Assembly: GCA_905479625.1 (NCBI GenBank)
Contig: CAJQNF010000061.1
Location: forward strand, 807 to 64,806
DNA length: 64,000 nucleotides
Direction: 5' to 3'
Source of the DNA: an uncultured Flavobacteriaceae bacterium
Lineage (GTDB): Bacteria; Bacteroidota; Bacteroidia; Flavobacteriales; Flavobacteriaceae
Position numbers and translations under genes: made by a program. Shown here piece after piece: positions 8,517-18,242 of this stretch. The notes beneath the pieces are model-generated. The model was not told the DNA's origin and made no database searches. It saw only the letters and a program-made list of their open reading frames with translations. Positions within the stretch are counted from its first letter, which is position 1, and each line of letters opens with the position of its first letter.

Positions 8517-10061
8517 GTGAAAAATCAAGAAGACAAATTCAAGAAAGTTATATCTCATGCCAAGGAATATGGTTTTATCTTTCAATCCAGCGAAATATAT
8601 GATGGGCTTAGTGCCGTTTATGATTATGCCCAGAATGGCGTTGAATTAAAAAAGAATATCAGGGAGTATTGGTGGAAATCTATGGTGCAAATGAACGAAA
8701 ATATCGTTGGAATTGATACCGCGATTTTTATGCATCCTACCACTTGGAAGGCCTCAGGACATGTGGACGCCTTTAATGATCCGTTGATTGATAATAAAGA
8801 TTCTAAAAAGAGATATCGGGCAGACGTATTGATCGAAGATTATGCGGAGAAACTTAATATTAAGGCTGAAAAAGAAATCGCTAAAGCGGCTAAACGATTC
8901 GGAGAATCCTTTGACAGAGCTGAGTTTGTCAGCACCAACCCTAGAGTAGTCGGCTACCTTTCAAAAAAAGAAGCTGCACTAACCCGTATGGCTCGGTCTC
9001 TTGAAAAAGAGGACTTAACAGATGTCAAGGCCCTTATAGAAGAACTTGAAATCGCCTGCCCGGTATCGGGTTCTAAAAACTGGACAGATGTCAAACAGTT
9101 TAATTTAATGTTCGGGACAAAACTAGGTGCTTCTGCAGATTCTGCGATGGATCTCTATCTTAGACCGGAAACCGCTCAGGGTATTTTTGTCAATTTTTCC
9201 AATGTTCAAAAAACTGGTAGGATGAAAATTCCTTTTGGGATCGCCCAAACCGGAAAAGCCTTTAGAAATGAAATTGTCGCGAGACAATTCATCTTTAGAA
9301 TGAGAGAGTTCGAACAAATGGAGATGCAGTTCTTTGTAAGACCTGGTGAGGAAATGAAATGGTATGAATCCTGGAAAGAAACGAGGTTAAAATGGCATTT
9401 ATCACTAGGATTAGGGGAAGCTAATTATAGATTCCACGATCATGAAAAATTAGCCCACTATGCCAATGCCGCAGCGGATATCGAATTTAATTTTCCTTTT
9501 GGATTTAAAGAATTAGAAGGAATTCACTCAAGAACTGATTTTGACCTAAAAGCGCATGAAGAACATTCAGGAAAGAAACTACAGTTTTTTGACCATGAGA
9601 TGAATAAAAATTATGTGCCCTATGTGGTTGAGACCTCAATCGGGCTGGACAGAATGTTTCTGGCCGTTTTTTCAACTGCACTTCAAAACGAAACTTTAGA
9701 AGACGGATCAGAAAGAATCGTTTTGAAATTACCTCCTGTTTTAGCACCTACCAAGGCGGCTATTCTGCCATTGGTTAAGAAAGACGGTTTACCGGAAATA
9801 GCGAGAGAGATCATTGATGAATTGAAATTTGATTTTTCAGTCACTTACGACGAAAAAGATGCCATAGGAAGAAGGTATAGAAGACAAGATGCACTTGGAA
9901 CTCCATTTTGTATCACTGTGGATCATGAATCTAAAAACGATGGTACTGTTACTATCAGACGTCGTGATTCCATGGAACAAAAAAGAGTAAAAATAGAGGA
10001 GCTCAGCGGCTTGATCGCTGATGAAGTTTCAATGGCAAATTGGTTGAGAAAAAACCGGTAA
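8517..10061 (+). CDS. glyS: Glycine--tRNA ligase (alpha2 type); probable GTG start at 8517
   Basis: WKASGHVDAFNDP, YLRPETAQGIF, AFRNEI..FIFRMREFEQME, IGRRYRRQD motifs. Confidence 0.95.
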   Translation: MKNQEDKFKKVISHAKEYGFIFQSSEIYDGLSAVYDYAQNGVELKKNIREYWWKSMVQMNENIVGIDTAIFMHPTTWKASGHVDAFNDPLIDNKDSKKRYRADVLIEDYAEKLNIKAEKEIAKAAKRFGESFDRAEFVSTNPRVVGYLSKKEAALTRMARSLEKEDLTDVKALIEELEIACPVSGSKNWTDVKQFNLMFGTKLGASADSAMDLYLRPETAQGIFVNFSNVQKTGRMKIPFGIAQTGKAFRNEIVARQFIFRMREFEQMEMQFFVRPGEEMKWYESWKETRLKWHLSLGLGEANYRFHDHEKLAHYANAAADIEFNFPFGFKELEGIHSRTDFDLKAHEEHSGKKLQFFDHEMNKNYVPYVVETSIGLDRMFLAVFSTALQNETLEDGSERIVLKLPPVLAPTKAAILPLVKKDGLPEIAREIIDELKFDFSVTYDEKDAIGRRYRRQDALGTPFCITVDHESKNDGTVTIRRRDSMEQKRVKIEELSGLIADEVSMANWLRKNR

Positions 10062-10102
10062 TCAAGAACAAATTCCTGAGCAATTCGTTTAAAAACAACA
10101 TT

Positions 10103-13100
10103 TTAAAAAGTAGCTCTTAGCTGAATATTTCCAGTATGAATGGTTTTCGATTCCTCCGATTTCCTGCCTGAATAGTTTATATTCAGATCGAGAAAAGAGG
10201 TGAGCCTTTTTTGCAAGCCCAACAACCAGGTCAGATTTGTTCCTGGCTGTAAACCTTCCAGCATCTGATAGGCTACGGGGGAATTTGTTTCACCTTTAAA
10301 TTCATTAAAATAGAAACTTGCATTGGCATTAACAGAAAAACTCTGTTTACTGGCATATTGAAAATTCGATCCAAATACATGCATTTGAAGGGTTTCCATA
10401 TCAAGAATCTTATTGGCTTTGTCTTTATAATTATAAAATAACTCAAGACGGGTATTTTGATTGTATATATAAGATATTTTGGGGTTAAAGTTGAAATTAT
10501 TTAGCTCATAATTCCGGTTTTCATAGCTAATGGAACCACTTGAGTTGTAATTTATCGCTGCCCCAAGATCCATCAACCAAAATTTACCCAACTTATGCAC
10601 AAACTGAAATTGATGTGTTTTAAGAGTTACATCTTGATCTCCAAATGAAAAAATTGTTTTTTTCCTGAAATTCAAAAAGGAATAAACAAAACTAAATCTT
10701 TGTAAACCTCTGTTAAAAAATAAGCTATTCTTAAAGTTTTGATCCAATCCAAGGAGATCCTCTTCGTCTGAAACGAATGGATTGATATTAAAATCATCCT
10801 TATCACGCTTGGTTTTCACATCGATGAGAAAATAGGTTTGATTGGCAAAATGAGATAATATTCGCTTAAACCCTTCTTTGTTTCTCCATGCAGAAGCCTG
10901 GAGATTTAAAGACTGACTCCATTTATTCTGGTTCGTTTTAATAAATAAGATGGTAGGCAACAAGACCCTGACATAAATGGCTTTGTCCTGATATTTGGCC
11001 ACTACGAACTCATCCAATTCTTGTACGCCATTATTATTAAAATCAATCCATTCATAAAACCCCTTTCCTGGCTCGACTTCCACATAACTAAATTCCTGCT
11101 GGGGTAAAGTTCCTGAACGGGTCTCAAATAAGGTTTGAAGCCCTATAAAATCTCCAAAAATTCTTTGCCTGTAACTCACCCTTGCATTCAGGGAACTCTC
11201 GTTGGCAACATTGACATTTTTCACTTCTCTGTAATTCACAAAAAAAGCGAGATCTGTATTCACATTCTGAATCAGTTTAGACTTTAAAAAATAAGTACTT
11301 GCCTTACTGACCAAACCCAGCTCTGAACCCATAACACTATCCGTTTCTCGGTAATTATAGCCTATTTCAGTAAATACTTTTGTCGAATCACCCATCCCCG
11401 CAAATCCTTCAATTTCTGAAAACTTATGCGACAGCAGATCGAAATCCATACTATTTGAATTTTTGATCAAATTTTTCTCATAATTGTATTTGGCCCCAAT
11501 CCAGAATTTTGAAATTTGGCGGGTTATGCCACTATAAAGCCTGTCAAAAGAATTATCCTCCTGGCCATTTTCATTGTTCATGGTACTTGCATTGACAAAT
11601 ATCTGGGTATCTGTAAAATGAAGGTCAGCCAAGAGGTTGTGACGAACTCCCTTGTAGGCATCCCCTAGGGTGAGGTTTTCATAATTATACTGAATAGAAC
11701 CAAGGCTGTCGTTACTCAATTGCAACCCTCCCAAAATGTATTGCTGCTTTTGGCTGTCATTTGCTCCATCTGAAATAATGTTCCAGTCTCTTGAAAACTC
11801 GACATTTCTAATCCTTTCAACAGATCTGAAATTTTTACTAAAATATTCATAATCAATATCACTGCTCAACTTCCATTTTTTATCCAGGATCTTTTGTTTC
11901 CATCCCAGTTTAGTTGCGACACCTTTATTATTGTCATTATCAATACTCGAAAAAAGGTTTTGATCCTTGTCGCTTAAAGCCAGTTCCGATTGAATCAGTG
12001 TTTTTTCTCCAAGGGAATAATCAGCTTCCACATTGATCATTTGTAACTTTTCAGGAGCCACAAGTTGCACAACAGGAAGATAAGCCCCTTGTTTTTGGCT
12101 ATTTACATCATCAATATAGGCATACACCCTGCCTGCGGCCAGCGTCGTCTCCAATATATAGTCTCCATTATTCTCTCCCACATAGCTAAAATTGACTTGA
12201 TAAAGGGTTTCATCCGGATCATTGGAATATTCAAATACTTCCGTTCCATTACTGATCACCTTTCTATATAAGACCCTGTTTTCACTATAAACTGCTTCCA
12301 CCTCAGAAGGCGCGACCATCTTAGTTTTGTCATTACCCGCTTCAGAAAGAATTTGCTTCTGCTCATCTGAAAGATTCTGGTCTACAGGACTGTTTTTAAC
12401 ATCTGTTTCATTATAATACTTGACACCTACTTTTAAATTGTTCGATTGAAAACGAACCCCGTCAAAAGTAAGAAAGCGGGTATAATTGCGTTCAGAAAGT
12501 TGGTATTCGATCGTAAAACGGAGGTTCGAACTTACGGTATATAAAGTAGTAAAAGTGATTTCACCTGTATTATAATCAATGGTATAATCAAAATTCTCTC
12601 CTCTTTTTAGCAGGACTCCATTGGCATATACGCGTTCACTACCCGAAATCATGATAATAAATTGCTGATTATCAGAGCCTAATATTTTATACGGTCCTTG
12701 ATTTCCATCAACTCCATTAAATTTGAAGCTTTGAAATTTTCCCCTGACCAAAGCTCCGGAGGCAAAAAAATCAGTTTTCCCGGCAGGTTTATCCACATGC
12801 CCTTTAGCGAGAACACCTGAAATCTTCTTCTGAAACCGCATCAGGTAACTATCTGAATTACTGAGATCAATATCGCCTGCTGTCAGCGACCAATTCTCAG
12901 AAAACAGCTCAATAAATACGCGGTCAAACTCATCCAGTCGCTGGGTAAAGCCACCAGATTGTAATGGAATTTCATTATCTGTTATAGAAGCCCTGATCCC
13001 AACTTTCTCGGATAACTGACCTTCTATCTGTAAATTGAAATTAGAATTGACCACCGCATCCTGATTACTCCCTATCGTCACTCCTCTTGACAAAGATCCA

Positions 13101-13519
13101 CTTGTATACAAACCGTCAAAAGGTTTGTTCTTTTTCGAGCCAACGTTGGCCTGTGAGCTATATAATTGAGATTCATCAGTAGCCTCTGATACGATCAGTG
13201 ACGGGTCAAAAGCGGAATAATTTCGTGTCATAAAATCAGGGTACGGGAGATATACGATCCGAATCTTCTTTCCTAATACCGCTGACTTATTGACGAACCA
13301 AATTGACGCATTTGCATAATCCACCTGGTAAAACGATTGCTCAATTAAGGCGCCTCTTTGGTCATAGATTTCTAAAAATCCAGGGTTGATGCTCAGACTA
13401 TCGATTTGAATGGTATCATTTTGTACAATAACATCCTTGACCTTTGCACCTTTAGGTCGTGACTGGGCCATCGCCAAAACGCCGGTTAAAAGAAGTAACA
13501 AGACCAGAAACTTTTTCAT
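10103..13519 (-). CDS. Large uncharacterised outer-membrane beta-barrel-like protein
   Basis: 1138 aa, signal peptide, amphipathic beta-strand pattern, C-terminal beta-signal-like IQLRATF. Confidence 0.7.
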   Translation of the reverse strand: MKKFLVLLLLLTGVLAMAQSRPKGAKVKDVIVQNDTIQIDSLSINPGFLEIYDQRGALIEQSFYQVDYANASIWFVNKSAVLGKKIRIVYLPYPDFMTRNYSAFDPSLIVSEATDESQLYSSQANVGSKKNKPFDGLYTSGSLSRGVTIGSNQDAVVNSNFNLQIEGQLSEKVGIRASITDNEIPLQSGGFTQRLDEFDRVFIELFSENWSLTAGDIDLSNSDSYLMRFQKKISGVLAKGHVDKPAGKTDFFASGALVRGKFQSFKFNGVDGNQGPYKILGSDNQQFIIMISGSERVYANGVLLKRGENFDYTIDYNTGEITFTTLYTVSSNLRFTIEYQLSERNYTRFLTFDGVRFQSNNLKVGVKYYNETDVKNSPVDQNLSDEQKQILSEAGNDKTKMVAPSEVEAVYSENRVLYRKVISNGTEVFEYSNDPDETLYQVNFSYVGENNGDYILETTLAAGRVYAYIDDVNSQKQGAYLPVVQLVAPEKLQMINVEADYSLGEKTLIQSELALSDKDQNLFSSIDNDNNKGVATKLGWKQKILDKKWKLSSDIDYEYFSKNFRSVERIRNVEFSRDWNIISDGANDSQKQQYILGGLQLSNDSLGSIQYNYENLTLGDAYKGVRHNLLADLHFTDTQIFVNASTMNNENGQEDNSFDRLYSGITRQISKFWIGAKYNYEKNLIKNSNSMDFDLLSHKFSEIEGFAGMGDSTKVFTEIGYNYRETDSVMGSELGLVSKASTYFLKSKLIQNVNTDLAFFVNYREVKNVNVANESSLNARVSYRQRIFGDFIGLQTLFETRSGTLPQQEFSYVEVEPGKGFYEWIDFNNNGVQELDEFVVAKYQDKAIYVRVLLPTILFIKTNQNKWSQSLNLQASAWRNKEGFKRILSHFANQTYFLIDVKTKRDKDDFNINPFVSDEEDLLGLDQNFKNSLFFNRGLQRFSFVYSFLNFRKKTIFSFGDQDVTLKTHQFQFVHKLGKFWLMDLGAAINYNSSGSISYENRNYELNNFNFNPKISYIYNQNTRLELFYNYKDKANKILDMETLQMHVFGSNFQYASKQSFSVNANASFYFNEFKGETNSPVAYQMLEGLQPGTNLTWLLGLQKRLTSFLDLNINYSGRKSEESKTIHTGNIQLRATF

Positions 13520-13568
13520 GTAACAATACGATCATTAAACAATCACCGGAATTCTCTTATTTTTTCAG

Positions 13569-14051
13569 TTAAAACAAACTGGTTTGACCCGAAGGACTTT
13601 CATGTTCGAGTAACCATTTCTTTCTCCACAGGCCCCCGGCATATCCGGTAAGAGAACCATCAGAGCCTACTACCCTATGGCAGGGGATCATGATCCAGAT
13701 CGGATTCTTCCCATTCGCACTGGCAACAGCCCTAATGGCCTTTTCATTACCCAATTGCAATGTTTGTTTCATATAACTAGTCCTCTTTCCAAAGGGAATG
13801 TGTAATAATTCGGCCCAGACCCTCTTCTGAAAATCGGTCCCTGAAGGATTCAACTTGACTGAAAACACTTTTCTTTCACCATTGAAATACTCATCCAACT
13901 GTATCATACATGTTTTCAAAGGTTCTGACGGATTTTCGCTCGTAGCATATTCATCATCCAGTATAGATATTTCAACGATCCCCTTTTTATTACCTACAAT
14001 TTTCGCCGTTCCTAAGGGTGTTTTCAAAAAAGCAGTGTCATATTCATTCAT
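13569..14051 (-). CDS. ogt: Methylated-DNA--protein-cysteine methyltransferase
   Basis: IPCHRVV active site; GYAGGLWRKKWLL. Confidence 0.95.
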   Translation of the reverse strand: MNEYDTAFLKTPLGTAKIVGNKKGIVEISILDDEYATSENPSEPLKTCMIQLDEYFNGERKVFSVKLNPSGTDFQKRVWAELLHIPFGKRTSYMKQTLQLGNEKAIRAVASANGKNPIWIMIPCHRVVGSDGSLTGYAGGLWRKKWLLEHESPSGQTSLF

Positions 14052-14061
14052 GGATGATCAA

Positions 14062-14829
14062 TTAAACCCCAAATATTTCACGGGAATTCTGTGTAGTAAT
14101 CCGGGCTATTTCGTCAGGACTCAGATCATAAATATCAACTAGCTTATCGAGTATATTGATCAGATAGCTACTTTCATTTCTTTTTCCTCGATAAGGTGTT
14201 GGTGCAAGATAAGGGGAATCTGTTTCCAATACGATTTGCTCGAGAGGTATTTCAGCAAGAAATTTATCAATACCTCCATTCTTAAATGTAACCACACCTC
14301 CTATTCCAAGTTTAAAACCATAACTAATAATCTGCTCAGCCTGCTGTTGGTTACCTGTAAAACAATGAAATATTCCAAACAGACGATCGTCATTGACCTT
14401 GTCCAATACTTCAAATATTTCATTAAATGCATCTCGGCAATGTATTACAATTGGCAACGCTCTCTCTTTAGCCCATGAGATCTGCAAAAGAAAGGCCTCC
14501 TGTTGCTCTTTAATAAAGGTCTTATCCCAGTAAAGGTCCATTCCTATTTCACCAATAGCATAAAATTGGTGGCTATTCAATTGCTTCTTGACGATCTCAA
14601 GCTCTTTCTTGAAATCAGCTTTCACATGTGTGGGGTGCAAACCCGCCATGAGAAAAACGTTTTTTGGAAAAGCCACTTCAAGCGCATACATTTTTTCGTA
14701 ATAGCTACCATCAATCGCGGGTATAAAAAACCTTTTAATTCCCAAGTCCAAAGCCTTATGTATAACCTGATCACGGTCTTCGTCAAATTGTTCCGCATAT
14801 AAATGCGTATGGGTATCTGTTATTATCAT
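14062..14829 (-). CDS. TatD family hydrolase
   Basis: DTHTH, GEIGMD, IHCR, HCF, LETDSPYLAP motifs. Confidence 0.95.
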   Translation of the reverse strand: MIITDTHTHLYAEQFDEDRDQVIHKALDLGIKRFFIPAIDGSYYEKMYALEVAFPKNVFLMAGLHPTHVKADFKKELEIVKKQLNSHQFYAIGEIGMDLYWDKTFIKEQQEAFLLQISWAKERALPIVIHCRDAFNEIFEVLDKVNDDRLFGIFHCFTGNQQQAEQIISYGFKLGIGGVVTFKNGGIDKFLAEIPLEQIVLETDSPYLAPTPYRGKRNESSYLINILDKLVDIYDLSPDEIARITTQNSREIFGV

Positions 14830-14998
14830 TAGGCAAATATAGTTGAACCCTATAAATATCTTCCTGAGCTACTTCCAATTTTTTCTTAAGGGAATTATAT
14901 TTACTACTCTCAAGGATCAGAAATATATTCATTGCTTTTTTTCAAGTTTCGCAAAAATTAAATTATTTTTAACCTTTGACAAACCAAACCAACCAATC

Positions 14999-15337
14999 AT
15001 GAAAATCTATCATAATCCGCGTTGCGGTAAAAGTAGGCAAGGCCTTGCCATTTTGCAAGATGCACAGGTGGAACCTGAAATTATTAACTATATTAAAAAC
15101 CCAATTTCCTTTGACGAATTGAGTGACATACTCCATAAACTTAATATTCCTGCCATCGATCTGGTAAGAAAAAATGAAGCGGTCTGGAAAGAAAATTTCA
15201 AAAATAAAGAGTTAAGTGAAAAAGAAATTATTGAAGCAATGGTCACTTTTCCCAAACTCATTGAAAGACCTATTGTTATTAACGGTGACACAGCTGTAAT
15301 CGGCAGACCCCCTGAAAAAATAAAAGAATTCCTTTAA
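14999..15337 (+). CDS. arsC: ArsC/Spx-family arsenate reductase (glutaredoxin-type)
   Basis: MKIYHNPRCGKSR...LIERPIV...IGRPPE; start reassigned to ATG 14999. Confidence 0.85.
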   Translation: MKIYHNPRCGKSRQGLAILQDAQVEPEIINYIKNPISFDELSDILHKLNIPAIDLVRKNEAVWKENFKNKELSEKEIIEAMVTFPKLIERPIVINGDTAVIGRPPEKIKEFL

Positions 15338-15435
15338 TGCATTTTAGCAAAATGTAAATGACCAAAAATACCCCTAAACCACTATTTTTTAGTGTCACTC
15401 AATAGTTTACTTTTATCAGATTGCGCATTTTTGTA

Positions 15436-17868
15436 ATGAAATTATACTATACCCTGATCATGTTTCTCCTCTCCTTTAGCTTAATAGGTCAGGAAACTAT
15501 AGAAACAAATAGCATCATCGGCCAAGTTAACGATGCCGATACGCATTTACCCTTGCAGTTTGTAACGGTGAGCTTACAGGATATTTATACAAATGAACTT
15601 ATAGGAGATGTGACCGATAAAGAAGGTAAATTTGAATTATCTGTTCCCAATGGTAAATACTATTGTATTGTTGAGTCATTGTCATTTGAACCTTTTATAA
15701 TTCAAGTGCTAAACATTGAACAGGATATGGAAATGGGCACTATTGAATTGGAGCAGCATAGCGAAAATTTGAAAGAAATAGAGTTGATTGCCAGAAGTAA
15801 ACTGGTTGATCATAACCTGACTAAAAAAGTCTATTATGCTTCAAAAGATATCGCTAATATTGGAGGAAATGCAATTACCGTATTAGAAAATACGCCATCA
15901 GTGAAAATTGACGGACAGGGGAATATTAGCATTAGAGGTAATACAGCCCTTATATTGGTAGATGGTAAGCCCTATGGCGGACAAAGGAGTAGCGCTGACG
16001 TTTTAAGCTTGATTCCGGCCAATACTATAAATAAAGTGGAAATCATTTCTCAATCAGCAAAATACGATGCAGAAGGTGGTGGTGTCATTTTGAATATCAT
16101 TTTAAAAAAGAGATCCATTGAAGGTTATAATGGAACTGTTGAGGCCCATATAGGATTACCTGATAACGATGGGGTATCTGCTTTTGTCAATTATAAGACT
16201 GACAAAATTAATATGTATTCTACAGTTAGCTTTAACCATCAAGTTAGAATAAAAGACACCGAGATTAAGCAAATATTTCTTGATGATTTACAAGAACCTA
16301 CCGGAAATTTCGACCAAGAAAGAACTGACTATCGTCAACGAAATAGTTTTTTAATCAATCTCGGAAGTGATTTTTATCTGGACGAAAAAAATACACTTAC
16401 CTCCTCTATCCTATTTAGTAATTCGAATAAAAATTATGATTCAGAATTGTTTTTAAATGATTATAGACCTGTAGATCAGCTAATTAAATCATCTTCAAGG
16501 AAAGTAGATGATAATTCTGATGAAGGGTTTCTGGAGGCATTTTTTCAGTATACTACTAAATTCAACAAAGAAGGACATCAATTATCTGCCGATATTAAAT
16601 ACGACAACAGTCTTGCTGATAATGAAACAGATATTCTCAACACTGAGACTTTCCCCGGAAGTGAACTCACTGAGCAAAAATATGTAAAAGACGAAAGTGT
16701 AGATAATTTCTATATAAAAGCTGATTATACACTCCCACTCAAAGATAATAGTAGTTTGGATGCCGGAATTAAGACAAACTTCAGAAAATATAGTAATGAT
16801 TTTATGTCGAGCAACCTAAATCAAAATACCCAGCATTTAGACCCCATTGACGATTTTAGCAGCCAAATAGATTATAATGAGAACATCTATGCGTTTTATG
16901 TCAATTACAGTAAGCAGTTCGAAAGATTTAGTTATTCACTTGGGTTAAGAACCGAAATTACTGAAACTACAATTACCGAAAAAATCATAAATGATACGTA
17001 TGTGAATAATTACGAAGATATTTTTCCTAATGCCATACTTACTTATTCTCTGAAAGATAAAAATGTACTGACACTGGGCTATTCCAAATATATAGACAGG
17101 CCTAGCGTTTCTGAACTCAACCCCTTTAATTCTTTTACGGATGAAAGATTCATCTTGGTTGGAAACCCATATCTGCAACCTTACTACACAAACTATTTCT
17201 ATTTAGAATACTATCAGGAATTTGAAAAGTTATCCTTAAATACTGCGCTATTCTATTCCAATTCTACTGATCGCATACTTAATGTACTTGAAAAAACAGG
17301 CTATTTGACCAGTGATGGCTTTGATATTTACCAAAGGATCCCAATCAATAACGGAACTCTAAATTATACAGGGCTGGAAATAGAAGTGACATACAACCCT
17401 ATTAATAAAATTCGTTTATATGGATTACTAAGCCCCTATTTTTCTCAATTATCAGATACACGAGATGAGGCTTATGATTTTGACAACTGGGTGCTATACG
17501 GTAATTTCAGACTCCTATATAGGATCAACAATACGCTTAGATTTAATATTGATTATGTGTACCAGTCAACTCAAAAAACTGCGATAACAGAGTTAAAGGA
17601 ATTTCAATATGCTAATTTGAACGTCTCGAAGGATTTTTGGGAAGGCCAGGCTACAATAAGCTTTAAAATGAATGATGTTTTTCATACTAAAAAAGCGCAG
17701 TTTAGTTCTTTGGAAGCCAATACCATCACCCAAAGGGATTTCATTTTTGACACCCAATACCTGTTGTCATTTTCATATCGCTTTAACAAAAGTGGTCGAA
17801 GAAACAGCCATAACAGGTCTAAGGATATAGATAAAAATATTTTTGAAGTAGAAGATCAGGTAAAATAA
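15436..17868 (+). CDS. TonB-dependent receptor-like outer-membrane beta-barrel protein
   Basis: Signal peptide, carboxypeptidase-regulatory-like N-domain, plug motif SAKYDAEG, LNPF/GNPYL motifs, ends LSFSYRF plus tail. Confidence 0.85.
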   Translation: MKLYYTLIMFLLSFSLIGQETIETNSIIGQVNDADTHLPLQFVTVSLQDIYTNELIGDVTDKEGKFELSVPNGKYYCIVESLSFEPFIIQVLNIEQDMEMGTIELEQHSENLKEIELIARSKLVDHNLTKKVYYASKDIANIGGNAITVLENTPSVKIDGQGNISIRGNTALILVDGKPYGGQRSSADVLSLIPANTINKVEIISQSAKYDAEGGGVILNIILKKRSIEGYNGTVEAHIGLPDNDGVSAFVNYKTDKINMYSTVSFNHQVRIKDTEIKQIFLDDLQEPTGNFDQERTDYRQRNSFLINLGSDFYLDEKNTLTSSILFSNSNKNYDSELFLNDYRPVDQLIKSSSRKVDDNSDEGFLEAFFQYTTKFNKEGHQLSADIKYDNSLADNETDILNTETFPGSELTEQKYVKDESVDNFYIKADYTLPLKDNSSLDAGIKTNFRKYSNDFMSSNLNQNTQHLDPIDDFSSQIDYNENIYAFYVNYSKQFERFSYSLGLRTEITETTITEKIINDTYVNNYEDIFPNAILTYSLKDKNVLTLGYSKYIDRPSVSELNPFNSFTDERFILVGNPYLQPYYTNYFYLEYYQEFEKLSLNTALFYSNSTDRILNVLEKTGYLTSDGFDIYQRIPINNGTLNYTGLEIEVTYNPINKIRLYGLLSPYFSQLSDTRDEAYDFDNWVLYGNFRLLYRINNTLRFNIDYVYQSTQKTAITELKEFQYANLNVSKDFWEGQATISFKMNDVFHTKKAQFSSLEANTITQRDFIFDTQYLLSFSYRFNKSGRRNSHNRSKDIDKNIFEVEDQVK

Positions 17869-17869
17869 A

Positions 17870-17893
17870 AAAAGCTTGTTTTCACAAGCTTTT
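17870..17893. terminator. Bidirectional terminator between convergent genes
   Basis: AAAAGCTTGT tttc ACAAGCTTTT. Confidence 0.75.
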
Positions 17894-17915
17894 ATATCGT
17901 ATTATTTTTTTATTT

Positions 17916-18083
17916 CTATTTAGATTTTGCCTTTTTAGCTTCTTTTTTTAATTTCCAGCTTTCCATCAAATTTCCAAATAACCAATAAGGAACTACTGTA
18001 GTTAACAGAAAAATCAACATCCAAAATCCCATTGTAAAAACGGTTAAAAAGACTAAAAAACCTAAAAATTGACCAATTTCCAT
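17916..18083 (-). CDS. 55-aa small membrane protein (below ORF-track cutoff)
   Basis: MEIGQFLGFLVFLTVFTMGFWMLIFLLTTVVPYWLFGNLMESWKLKKEAKKAKSK; upstream TATTTTTG (18119-18112) and downstream terminator. Confidence 0.75.
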   Translation of the reverse strand: MEIGQFLGFLVFLTVFTMGFWMLIFLLTTVVPYWLFGNLMESWKLKKEAKKAKSK

Positions 18084-18163
18084 ACGCTTACTTATTGTTT
18101 ACTTTGTTCGTCAAAAATAATACATATTTTTAATATGACAATTAATTCTGAAAGTATTTTAAA

Positions 18164-18185
18164 TTAACAAATTATTAACAAATTA
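18164..18185 (+). promoter_or_regulatory. Perfect 11-bp tandem repeat, candidate transcription-factor box
   Basis: TTAACAAATTA x2, upstream of a TATCTTTC -7-like element (18203-18210). Confidence 0.55.
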
Positions 18186-18242
18186 CAGATTAAACTTAAT
18201 TCTATCTTTCGGGTCTTAAACTAGATACCCATAACTAATCAA

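Noticed and set aside
14843-14998. N-terminal extensions in the ORF track (arsC, fumC, lpdA, argS, permease, 53076 ORF)
   Set aside because: Family similarity starts at downstream start codons, and most extensions cover TAnnTTTG-type promoter elements.
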